Assembly: GCA_038087875.1 (NCBI GenBank)
Contig: CM075988.1
Location: forward strand, 2,976,001 to 3,040,000
Direction of reading: 5' to 3'
DNA: 64,000 nt
Source of the DNA: Malacoraja senta
Lineage: Eukaryota
Each line of letters opens with the position of its first letter. The first letter of the stretch is position 1. Made by a program: the position numbers and the translations under genes. Below the pieces are notes generated by a model, which did not search any database, had not been told where the DNA came from, and saw only the letters and a list, made by a program, of their open reading frames with translations. Below, piece by piece: positions 40,209 through 50,775 of this stretch.

Positions 40209-41829
40209 GATGATGGAGAATATGATGGAGAATATGAGTGCTGGTAATCAGAAAGTTATTGATTCAATTGGCACTATAAACAAATGAATTGATGATGTGA
40301 AAGGAGAATTATCGGGAAGAATTGATAAGGTGGAAGAAAATACCACGGACAGGTTCACGGCTGTGCTTGAAACAGTGGCTGCAAGTATGTCTACAATCAT
40401 GGAAATGGAGAGAAATATGGCTCGAATTGCTGAAGATAATGAGGCAAGAACATGAGCAAACTACAGGACAGATGGTGACTCATCTGGGGAAAGTTTCAGA
40501 CAAATGCCTTGACCTGGAAGCTCGTTCAAGACGCCAGAATTTAAGAATTCTTGGAGTCTCAGAGGGAGCTGAGGGAAGGGACATTCGTGAGTTTGCTATG
40601 GGACATTTCAGAACTTGAAGAGGTGATGAGTAAAATCAAATATGGAATGCAACTGAGGCTTGATAACGACTCTATCAAAATATTCAGGGACTATCCGTAT
40701 GAAATTGTGCAAAAGAGAAATCAGTTCACAAAGGCAAAACACATTCTTAAGGGAATTCAAGATGTTAGATACGGTGTCTTCTACCCGGCTAAGATGCGAA
40801 TTACTTATAAGGGACATGAGAAATCATTTGTAAACCCGGAGGATGCGTACAAATATGCCCAGAGCATCGTGGAAAAGTAGCGGGAATATATGGACGGTAT
40901 GGACAAACTTTTCTATTATTATTCCACAGTTAATGGCTGATCAGAAGCGAAGAAACACTTCTTGTGTTTAAAAAAAACCTTAAATGAAGAATGCTTTCAG
41001 CTGCGTATGTCTAGACTCCTTATCTGTGGAATTTTAACTCAAGGACATTCTGTGTTCCAAACGAAGCAAATAGAGGATAACAGAGGATCATCGAGCCGAA
41101 GAGAGTGGATTATACCAGAAGCATTAATTGTTTAAGAGATTAAAATACTAATTTAAATTGTAAAGAACTAATCCTATTAATAATTTAACAATTTAACAAA
41201 ATTAATATAGAATTAGTAACGGATGCTAACTAGAAAAAACGAATTTATGAACTAACACAAAAATTCACTAAATCTAAGCCTTATCTATAATTGGGGGGAG
41301 GGGAGGAGAAACGAGCACCTGGCTTAGATCCAGGAGCACGTTTCACGTCAACCCCTTCAACCAACAGTTGATTATTATTGAAGGTAAAATCATTTGTTTA
41401 AACAATTAGTAGATAAAATTGTTATATATATATGATATGTTATAACTAAATATATAGGGTAAATTTGTATTATATATCTGATTGCGAGGTCCCGTCCCAT
41501 TATGTTATGGGTAATCAAGGGAGCAGAGCTAATTGTTTAACATCGACAATGGAAGTCGATACAAGGTTTTCTCCCACCTACAGGTGGGCCACTTGTTACA
41601 GTGTCGACAATTTTAGACACTGTATTTTCACTTTTTCCATTTTTTTTAAACTATCACATCAAGTCACATGTTTGTGTTTTTTGTCTAGCGATAAGCGTAA
41701 AAGGGATATGCCAATAGAACTTAGTAACGCAAAGGTTCCCCCAATACCTAAAGACCCGAGGTTAAACAAAAGAACCTAGGAGGAATCACATTCTGCAGTT
41801 GGAATATAAGAGGTGTTAATGAACCTATT

Positions 41830-41888
41830 TTACTTCGGAGTCACGTGAGTGACTACGTGAAGAAGTCCGTCAGTGCGCCTGCGCGTCA
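41830..41888 (+). repeat. DIRS left inverted terminal repeat
   Basis: 41854-41888 is the exact reverse complement of 46503-46537 (35 bp). 41830-41863 is complementary to the ICR. Confidence 0.93.
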
Positions 41889-42035
41889 TTACGTCAGACG
41901 CCTTGACGCAAACGAACGTGAGGAGCGGAGCTCCTCCAGTGGTTTGTAGTTTTACAACTACAAGGTAAGTAAAACTTTTTAAACTATTTCCAGGTCCGTT
42001 TGCTGTGGGTCAATTGGATTTTTTCCACAGACGCC

Positions 42036-45000
42036 ATGGAAAAAACGGGCAGGGGAAAGAGGCGTGCGATTCAGCCGGCAGAAAGTCAGGAATCTCCGGG
42101 TACAAGCCAACCACCTCTAACCCCGGTACAGTCGCCGGTGGGGAGCATAGCGACTGTGGACCTGGGGCTGATAAAAACTCAGTCAGCGCCTGTCGGGCGA
42201 AAGGCCAAGTTCAAATCCAGACGGCCGACGGAGGAGGAGTCCCAGGCAATGGAAGCTCCAGGGCTAGATACTGCTTTTATGCGTATTAGCCAGATGGAAA
42301 GCCTTTTGCACAGGCTATTGGAGCAAAGTACACTCGCAGAGAGTACTCAAATACCAGCTGCTGGAAGCAGTCTAACAGCACTTGGCACAGGGCTGATGGA
42401 ATGCACCCTCAGGGATGAGGAGAGTGCTATGGGTCATGAGAGTTCAGACCCCGACTCTGACGGTGAGGCTATACAAGGTGAGGAACTGCAGATACCAGAT
42501 ATTCCACCACTGGCAGTACGCTTCGCTGCCCCGTCAGGGTCAGGAGAGCCGCTAGGAGATGAGCTGGCCTCCTTAATAAATTACTTGGTTTCGCATCAGC
42601 TGGAACAGCAGGAGATGGATGATACTGCAAAGAAGCATGAGACTCCAAGCACCTGTGTGTTGCTGAAAGCACCAGCAGTGAATCAAATCATCTGGAATCA
42701 ATTGAGTATGACTATGAGAACTCAAGAATTAAAATTGCAGAGAATATTAAAGCTGCTGGGTTCTGGAATTACTGCTTTTGCCAGAATAGCAGATAAAAGC
42801 CAAGAGTTGTCGGAGTTACATCAGGAAGCACTAGGATTGCTATGCAGCTCCCACTTCGAGGTCAACTGTCTGAGGAAAAGTGTTATACGGCCTACTATGA
42901 ATCCAAAATTCGCAGCACTCTGCAAACCAAGTAATATACAATTACCCAACTTACTCTTTGGAGAGGATCTCGGGAGACGTATTAAAGAGTTGGAAGATGA
43001 AGCGAAAACAGGATTGATGAAGACATCAATGGTTGTGAAGTCTGTAAAGAGGAAGTATCCTTTCAGACGTCATACGGATCCTGGCCCAAGTCGCTCATCA
43101 ACGCAGGGACGTAGTTGGCGGCCTGCAGCGGGAGCAAGAACGAGTGGTCGTGCTTCCGGGAGAATCCAGGAATCTCAAGTTACTCAAATGAGTCAAGAGG
43201 TAGGTGGACCTGGTTCTCATGGGAACATAATGACTGGATTAAGTCCAAAAGTTGGAGGCAGGTTACATTTCTTCTATAATAACTGGAAGAAAATTACTTC
43301 AGATGTGGTAATCCTGAATAATATACAAGGATTTCGAATTGAATTCAATCCAAATTATGATTTGCCTGTTCAGCATGTTCCTAGCCGAACTCTCCACTTT
43401 GTACAAAAAGAAGTGATGGAGGTTCAGGTTGAAATTGAAACCCTATATAAAAAAGGGGTTATCGAAAAATCAGTCTACCAAAGTCACCAATTTGTGTCAA
43501 ATATATTTCCTCGTTCAAAAAAGGATGGAGGATGCAGGATTATTCTAGATTTGACAAATCTGAATCCTTTTGTGCAATTTAGACATTTTAAAATGGAGAC
43601 ATTTGTGACTGCCAAACAGCTTATTTCAGAAGCATGTTATATGGCAACAATAGATTTGAGAGATGCATATTATTCAGTGTCTGTTCATTCAGAAGATAGG
43701 AAGTATCTTAAATTAAAATGGATGAACCAGTTGTGGCAGTTCAAAGCTCTGCCTAATGGGTTAACGTCTGCACCCAGAATATTCACAAAATTGTTAAAAC
43801 CAATTCTGGGCTTGCTGAGAAGCCAAGGTCATGTACTGATGGCATACTTGGATGATGTTTTGATTATAGGAAAAACAAAACAATCAACAGAAGCATCTGT
43901 TGCAGTTGTGAAATCAACTTTTGAAAGTTTGGGGTTTCTAATTCATCCAAAGAAATCAAGGTTAATACCCAGCACCTCTATTAATTATTTGGGGTTCACA
44001 ATTGATTCAGTCCACATGAATATTACTTTGCCCAGGGAAAAAATGGGGGATTTGATTAAAGATTGCAGTAATCTCCTAAACGAGCAAAAACCTTCAATTA
44101 GGCAGGTGGCTCGTGTACTGGGAAAGTTAGTAGCAGCATTCCCAGCAGTCCAATTTGGACCATTACATTATCAACAGCTGCAGAGACTTAAAGAACAGGC
44201 ACTGAGAATGCATGTTGGTCACTTTGATAGAACCATGCAACTAACAACAAATGCTGTTTCTGATCTGCAGTGGTGGATTCTACATGTCTCAAGCAGTTCA
44301 GGCAAAGTGCTGATTGAACAACCTTCCATGAGATTACAAACTAATGCCAGTGCACTAGGATGGGGTGCAACTGACTTAACATCTAGCTGCGGTGGCAGAT
44401 GGAATCAGGAAGAGTCATTGTTACTGCAGACATGGGGAATTAACTATTTGGAGCTTCTAGGATGTTTCTATGGGCTCCAAGCTTACTGTTCTAATACAAC
44501 TAATAAGCATGTTCAAGTTCAAATTGATAACACAACAGCAGTTGCCTATATTAATCATATGGGTGGAATCAAGTCGGTGTCATGTGACAAAATGGCTAAT
44601 GAAATTTGGTCTTGGTGTATTGAAAAGCATATTTGGATTTCAGCTATCCATCTACCAGGTAGAATGAATACGATAGCAGACACCAGGTCACGAAACTTCC
44701 ATGATAATAAAGAATGGATGTTGAATAAAGAGGTATTCAATGATATAGTAATCACATTTGGAATGCCAGACATCGACTTGTTCGCATCTAGGCTGAATCA
44801 TCAGCTAGAGAGATATGTGTCATGGGAACCAGATCCAGGAGCAGTGGCGATTGATGCTTTCTCGCTACATTGGGGTGGCATGTTTTCATATATGTTTCCA
44901 CTTTTCTGCCTCATAAACCGATGTTTGGTTAAAATCAGGCAAGATGCTGCTTCAGGGGTATTAGTAGTGCCAGATTGGCCTACACAACCATGGTATCCAT

Positions 45001-45128
45001 TGATATTAGAATTGACATCACAAAAATTGATGAAAGTCCCAAAAAGAAAGAATCTTTTGATGCACCCTGTAACAGGGGAACAACATCCATTATATGATTG
45101 TTTGGCTTTGTTGATTTGCAGGTTTTAA
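42036..45128 (+). CDS. DIRS Gag-like / reverse transcriptase / RNase H / DAM-methyltransferase-like polyprotein in a single open frame
   Basis: First ATG in gccATGG context. Motifs VGGRL, IDLRDAY, LPNGLTSAPRIF, AYLDD; RNase H TNASALGWG, INYLELL, IDNTTAV, IADTRSR; MT-like IDLFASRLN, DAF, YMFPLF. Two conserved-motif substitutions are noted in findings. Confidence 0.92.
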   Translation: MEKTGRGKRRAIQPAESQESPGTSQPPLTPVQSPVGSIATVDLGLIKTQSAPVGRKAKFKSRRPTEEESQAMEAPGLDTAFMRISQMESLLHRLLEQSTLAESTQIPAAGSSLTALGTGLMECTLRDEESAMGHESSDPDSDGEAIQGEELQIPDIPPLAVRFAAPSGSGEPLGDELASLINYLVSHQLEQQEMDDTAKKHETPSTCVLLKAPAVNQIIWNQLSMTMRTQELKLQRILKLLGSGITAFARIADKSQELSELHQEALGLLCSSHFEVNCLRKSVIRPTMNPKFAALCKPSNIQLPNLLFGEDLGRRIKELEDEAKTGLMKTSMVVKSVKRKYPFRRHTDPGPSRSSTQGRSWRPAAGARTSGRASGRIQESQVTQMSQEVGGPGSHGNIMTGLSPKVGGRLHFFYNNWKKITSDVVILNNIQGFRIEFNPNYDLPVQHVPSRTLHFVQKEVMEVQVEIETLYKKGVIEKSVYQSHQFVSNIFPRSKKDGGCRIILDLTNLNPFVQFRHFKMETFVTAKQLISEACYMATIDLRDAYYSVSVHSEDRKYLKLKWMNQLWQFKALPNGLTSAPRIFTKLLKPILGLLRSQGHVLMAYLDDVLIIGKTKQSTEASVAVVKSTFESLGFLIHPKKSRLIPSTSINYLGFTIDSVHMNITLPREKMGDLIKDCSNLLNEQKPSIRQVARVLGKLVAAFPAVQFGPLHYQQLQRLKEQALRMHVGHFDRTMQLTTNAVSDLQWWILHVSSSSGKVLIEQPSMRLQTNASALGWGATDLTSSCGGRWNQEESLLLQTWGINYLELLGCFYGLQAYCSNTTNKHVQVQIDNTTAVAYINHMGGIKSVSCDKMANEIWSWCIEKHIWISAIHLPGRMNTIADTRSRNFHDNKEWMLNKEVFNDIVITFGMPDIDLFASRLNHQLERYVSWEPDPGAVAIDAFSLHWGGMFSYMFPLFCLINRCLVKIRQDAASGVLVVPDWPTQPWYPLILELTSQKLMKVPKRKNLLMHPVTGEQHPLYDCLALLICRF

Positions 45129-46096
45129 GAAGGCCTTTTTTGGGGCAAGGACTCTCTGAGCGTACTGTCAACATGCTTACGGCAGCCTGGAGGAAGAGCA
45201 CTCAAAAACAGTACCTTTCTTATATTAAGAAATGGGAAGAATTTTGTGTACAGGAAAATGTGCAATATAGTACTGTAAATATTTCAGATGTTGTAGAATT
45301 TCTGTCCAAACTTTATTATGATAAAGGTCTGAGTTATAGTGCAATTAATTCAGCCAGAAGTGCATTATCCTCATATTTGGTTCTGGATTCAGAAAGAAAC
45401 CCAATTGGGTCACACCCACTTGTTTCCAGACTAATGAAAGGAATTTTTAATTCCAGACCACCAAAACCTAGATACATGACAATCTGGGATGTAAGTGTGG
45501 TGCTGAAACTACTTCGTGAATGGTCTCCAAGTGTGTCTTTATCTTTGGCCAAGCTCAGCATGAAAGTAGTCATGCTTATGGCATTAGTGACAGCACAACG
45601 AGTGCAAACACTTGGGAAATTACAAATAGACAGGATGGAAGTAACTGAACACAAGGTTACATTCTATATCTATGACCTACTAAAGCAAAGTAGGCCAGGT
45701 GTGACAGGGTTTAAAATTGTGCTAGCAGCATATCCAAATGATCCTTGTCTCTGTGTTAAAACATATTTGTTACAATACATTGAGGTCACAAAGACTTTAA
45801 GAAATATGGAAAATGGGTTGCTGATTACACACAAGAAACCACACAAGAGAGTTTCAGTACAGACTATTTCCAGATGGATAAAAGAAGTCTTAAAAGCTGC
45901 TGGTATTAACACTGATGTTTTTACGTCTCACTCGACTAGGGCAGCAGCAACGTCGGCGGCCTGGGAGAAAGACGTCCCCGTCGACCATATCCTCGCAGCC
46001 GCCGGGTGGTCCAATGAGTTGATGTTTCAACATTTTTACCATCGGCCTATTGTTAATGCGGGGTTGTTTGCAGAAACTATTTTAAGTTCTGTGTAA
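45122..46096 (+). CDS. DIRS tyrosine recombinase (YR); start uncertain, first ATG at 45172
   Basis: SAM-like N-terminus (ST..QY...W, LSYSAINSARSALS) and catalytic set TAQRV, LLKQ, HSTR, AGW, FYHRP. The frame is uninterrupted. Confidence 0.93.
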   Translation, partial: VLRRPFLGQGLSERTVNMLTAAWRKSTQKQYLSYIKKWEEFCVQENVQYSTVNISDVVEFLSKLYYDKGLSYSAINSARSALSSYLVLDSERNPIGSHPLVSRLMKGIFNSRPPKPRYMTIWDVSVVLKLLREWSPSVSLSLAKLSMKVVMLMALVTAQRVQTLGKLQIDRMEVTEHKVTFYIYDLLKQSRPGVTGFKIVLAAYPNDPCLCVKTYLLQYIEVTKTLRNMENGLLITHKKPHKRVSVQTISRWIKEVLKAAGINTDVFTSHSTRAAATSAAWEKDVPVDHILAAAGWSNELMFQHFYHRPIVNAGLFAETILSSV

Positions 46097-46265
46097 ATTC
46101 CTCTGGTTTAAAGGGGATCTGATTAATTTCATTATTAAAAATGAATTACTGCATTTGTGGTACAAATGTTATTATGAATGCATGATTGATTTTTCTCGTT
46201 TCGAGTCAATCTATGCAGTGAGAAGCCGGGATTGATCCACGGCATGAAATCACAAAGCTTTAAAA

Positions 46266-46379
46266 TCTTCACGTAGTCACTCACGTGACTCCGAAGTAAA
46301 ATAGTAAGATTAAACGAGAACTTACCTAAGTTTGAAGTTTGATCTTTATTTTATGAGGAGTTACGTAGGTGATTACGTG
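46266..46379 (-). repeat. DIRS internal complementary region (ICR)
   Basis: Its reverse complement reads right terminus joined to left terminus: ...gtttaatcttactatt|ttacttcggagtcacgtgagtgactacgtgaaga. Confidence 0.95.
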
Positions 46380-46502
46380 CCCGCCACGACCCTACCCTCT
46401 ATCATAAAGGTCAGATGGAAGTTCTTGTATTACTCGTTTTAGTATGAGACTATATTACTTCGGTTCTTGTTTTTTGTGATTTCACACCGCTGCTTTGAAG
46501 AT

Positions 46503-46611
46503 TGACGCGCAGGCGCACTGACGGACTTCTTCACGTAAACACCTACGTAACTCCTCATAAAATAAAGATCAAACTTCAAACTTAGGTAAGTTCTCGTTTA
46601 ATCTTACTATT
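46503..46611 (-). repeat. DIRS right inverted terminal repeat plus right extension
   Basis: 46503-46537 is inverted to the left terminus. 46532-46611 is complementary to the ICR with one mismatch. Confidence 0.93.
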
Positions 46612-49600
46612 AAAAGTGGTAAGATATTAGCTCAGCTGAAATTGTACAATAGTGACATCATCTTTCTACAAGAAACCCATCTCAAATCCCAGGATCAGGC
46701 TAGATTGAGGGCGAATTGGATAGGTCAAATATATCATTCTTCATATACTTCGAAATCTAGAGGTACATCACTCATTATTCGAAAAGGCACACCATTCAAA
46801 GCAAAGAACACCATAACAGATAAGGAAGGGAGATATTTGATAGTTACCGGAGAGAGTCACGCTACCCCAATTACCTTTTTTAAAATATATACGCGCCTCA
46901 CTTTGATAATCCTCATTTTTTCAATAAAATCCTGAACATAATCGCAGAATCTAATTACCAAAATGTTATAATAGGAGGAGACTTTAACTGTGTCTTAGAT
47001 CCGTATTTAGATAAATCTAGCCAAAAACAGAGAGGTAATACGAAATCTAAAACTAGTGAACTCTTAAATACTAACATAAATAATACCAATATAACAGATG
47101 TTTGGAGAATTGCTAATCCGACTGGCAGGGAATACTCGTTTTATTCAATGGTACACAAATACTCACGTATAGATTATTTCCTGGTGGATACAAAATTAAT
47201 CCCTTACATAGTGAACCCAATATACCATACCAACTCGATCTCAGATCATTCACCGCTAACTTTCTTTTTAAAACTGGAAGGAATGTCTAAGAACAAATCG
47301 TTTTGGAGGTTCAATCCTCAAATCCTAAAGGACCCGCAATGGAGTATATATCTAAAAAAACAAATGGACGTCTTTTTTGAAATAAATGACACTCCAGATA
47401 TATCGCCCACTTTACTATGGGAATCTTTTAAAGCATTTATTAGAGGTGTTATAATCTCATACCAAGCTTTTCAAAATAAAAAGAATAAGAATGAACAAAG
47501 ACAGTTAGAAGAACAAATTAGGCAACTGGATATAGATAATGCTAAAGATCCATCTATGGATAAACATAATAAAATAATAATTCTGAAATTTAAATTAAAT
47601 AAATTATTATCAGCCAAACTTATAAGACTTTTCCAAATTACAAGACAGGAACACTTTGAATTTGGGGATAAACCACACAAACTTTTGGCTCGTCAGCTAA
47701 AAAAACGAGAAAAAGAACACACGATTCAAAAGATTAAATCAGAGAGAGGGTAATCATTAACTTTACCGAATGATATTAATAAAAGATTTGCGCAATTTTA
47801 TGAGAATTTGTACACATCCAAAACAACAATGGACACCAATAAAATTACAGAGTTCTTGGATAACTGTGATCTTCCAAAGTTAGAGTTGAAGGAACAAGAG
47901 GAATTGGGTGCACAAATCTCAATTAAGGAATTAGAAGATACAATAAATTTATTAAAGAACGGAAAAACTCCAGGTCCTGACGGGTTTAATAATGAATTTT
48001 ATAAAAGTTTTCATGACAAAATTATACCACTTTTACAAAAAATGTATAAATATGCCTTTAAAGAACAAATATTACCTGATACACTAGCTGAATCAACGAT
48101 CACATTAATACTAAAAAAAGACAAAGATATAGAAGAACCGGGTTCATATAGAGCTATAGCATTGTTAAATACAGATCAAAAAATATTAGCGAAAACATTA
48201 GCTGGAAGATTAAGTAAATATATTAGTAAATTAATAAACCCAGATCAAACGGGGTTTATCCCTAAGAGACATTCATCTAATAATATGAGACGGCTACTCA
48301 ATATAATGCACTCACACAAAACCGAAGAACAAGAATTATCAATTATTTCGTTGGACGCTGAAAAAGCATTTGATCAAGTAGAATGGAACTATATGGTTAA
48401 AGTATTACAAAAATTCCAATTGGGAGAGAATTTCATTCTATGGATTAAATTATTATACAATAAGCCTACAGCTAGAATATTAACTAATAACATATTATCT
48501 TTGAAATTCCAATTATCAAGGGGTAACAGACAAGGATGCTCATTATCACCGCTGTTATTTGCTCTTATAATTGAACCTTTAGCGGAAAAAATTAGAATAC
48601 ATCCAGATATCCATGGCTATAACACTAAATATTCAAATAATAAAATATCTTTATACGCGGATGATATATTATTGTACATCACAAAACCTCAAATTACTAT
48701 ATCAAACATATCAAATCTAATTGAGGATTTTGGATCCTTTTCTGGATACAGAATAAATTGGAATAAAAGTGAAATTATGTCAATAAAACCGAAAGACTCA
48801 ACACATCTCTTAAAATTCCCTTTTAAAATAGCTACAGAAAAATTTAAATGGGTATTGAAATTACAAGAACCTATCAAGGCATGTTCAAAGCAAATTATAA
48901 TCCTCTACTTAATAAATTAAATACATTAATAAAATTCTGGAAAACGCTTCCGATGTCTTTAATAGGCCGAATAAATGCAATAAAAATGATCTTTTTACCA
49001 CAAATTCTATACCTATTTCAATCAATTCCTATATATTTACCAAAAAAGTATTTTTTTAAATTGGATTCAGACATTATTAATTTTATATGGGATTATAAAT
49101 CCCATAGAATACAAAGAACACATTTGAACAAACCTAAAGTATTAGGGGGCTTAGCACTCCCTAACTTTATGTACTATTATTGGTCAGTAAATATTAAAAA
49201 TATGATTCAACTGATGGACAACACTGCCCAGCAGGTGGACTGGATTATAATGGAGAGAGAAGACTGCTCCTCTTGTAATATTGGAGCGATCCTCCTCTCA
49301 CCAATGAAACTGAATAATATAAATTATAACAAAAACCTAATTATACATAGTACATTTAGAACTTGGAAACAAATAAAACAAAATTTCAAATTAAGAAATC
49401 TATCGCTTTTATCCCCAATAGTTAATAACCCTTCATTTAAACCCTCCATTATAGACAAATCATTTATACAATGGGAAAGATTAGGAATTAAAACGCTCGG
49501 AGACTTGTATGAAACTGGAAAATTACTATCATTCCAACAATTACAAATAAAATATAATCTGGGAAACAATCAATACTTTAAATATTTTCAAACATGTGAT

Positions 49601-50775
49601 TATCTGAAAAAATATACAAAAGATTATTATAACATGCCACCAGATGTACTGGACGAAGCAATGCAGATAAAAGCTGAATCAGCAAACTTAATATCTTATT
49701 TGTATAATATTATCTTAAATGTAGAAATACCAACTACGGAAGGTATTAGAAGAGACTGGGAACAAGAATTAGCTATTAAAATTTCAAAGGAGAGGTGGAA
49801 TGAACATTGTTTAAATGTGCATAAATGCTCGATTAATGTAAGACACACTTTAATACAATTCAAAAATTTTACACAGATTCTATTATTCAAAACCAAAATT
49901 AGTAAAATTTTCCCCAATATCACCTATTTGCGATAAATGTCAGTCTCAAGAAGCTACTCATTTGTTTTTTGTACAAAAATTCAAAAACTTTGGATTGAAA
50001 TTTTTGAAATATTTACAAAATTATTTAAAATAAAACTGACACCAAAAGCAGAATGGATTATCTTCGGAACAACGGAAGATAGCCCTGAACTAAATGTGTT
50101 TCAAAAGAACCTATTTGATTACGGGTTAATAACTGGAAAAAAGCTTATCCTAACATTTTGTAAAAATGCTCCAATACCAACTATGAACCTGTGGATTTCA
50201 AACATGTTTGAAACATTACACCTGGAAGAGATAAGACTCCTCCTGGCAGGCAAATCAGATCACTTCCATCTGACGTGGTCTTCATTTATAGAACTATTAC
50301 AAGCATAAGGTGCAAAAGTACTTTAAAAAGGTACCGATGTCAGGACTTGGTAAAGGGGGATGAAAGGTGGCGAGTTGGTATATTCCATTTGCATGATGCT
50401 CATAATAGAGTACTTGTTTTTCTCTTTTCTTTCTCTTTTTTTTCTTCTTTAGGGTCTATCTCTTAATCTTTTCTCTCTAATTTCTCTTCTACAGGGTCTC
50501 TGTTCTTTCCTGTTGACACGCTTTTACACTATCACTATTTTCCTTCACTTTTTCTTTCTTCTCAATTTCAACCTTTTCTTTTTATTAGCTTTAAAAAATA
50601 AAGTACATTAATTGTAATAAGATATATGTGATGAGTACTAATGTAATTGTTTGTAATTTAATGTACTTCTAATATATAAAATTTAAAAAAAAAAATTTAA
50701 AAAAAACTCCACATGTGGTATCACCGTCACTAGTTATGGCAGGGGTTCGCTACTTTTTCCTTGAATGGCTCGAGT

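Larger units (their letters stand above)
39074..40880 (+). pseudogene. L1 ORF1p (coiled coil, RRM, CTD), disrupted
   Basis: DLEARSRRQNLRILGVSEGAEG and IFRDYP...RYGVFYPAKMRITYKG...FVNPEDA motifs. Removing 39220-40208 and one gat restores KIEK-MMENMMEN in frame. Also has an in-frame TGA, frameshifts and an apparent deletion within the RRM near 40600. Confidence 0.9.
41830..46611 (+). mobile_element. DIRS1-like tyrosine-recombinase retrotransposon, structurally complete (4,782 bp)
   Basis: Gag-like, RT, RNase H and methyltransferase-like ORF plus a YR ORF. Inverted termini. Internal complementary region matches both ends. ctatt at both junctions with the L1. Confidence 0.97.
41780..50308 (+). 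pseudogene. L1 ORF2p (APE endonuclease plus reverse transcriptase), frameshifted and split by the DIRS insertion
   Basis: ITFCSWNIRGVNEPI|KSGKILAQLKLYNSDIIFLQETHL reads in frame across the DIRS. Later motifs: GGDFN, YSRIDYF, ISDHSP, KTPGPDGF, SLDAEKAFD, RQGCSLSPLLF, LYADDIL. Several frameshifts and stops. Confidence 0.95.
39044..50706 (+). mobile_element. L1-clade LINE, decayed, interrupted by element B and a DIRS element
   Basis: ORF1, ~0.9-kb inter-ORF spacer, EN-RT ORF2, T-rich 3' UTR and A-rich tail ending at 50706. The 5' boundary is approximate and no TSD was seen. Confidence 0.93.

Noticed and set aside
41295..41530. HDV-like or twister ribozyme in the L1 inter-ORF spacer
   Set aside because: Hairpins are present, but I could not fit the required pseudoknots and catalytic residues. 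Reported only as generic structure.
42000..46096. Prophage or bacterial RT-integrase-methylase defence system
   Set aside because: RT-RNase H-MT plus YR with inverted termini and an ICR is the known DIRS architecture, and it is nested in a vertebrate L1.
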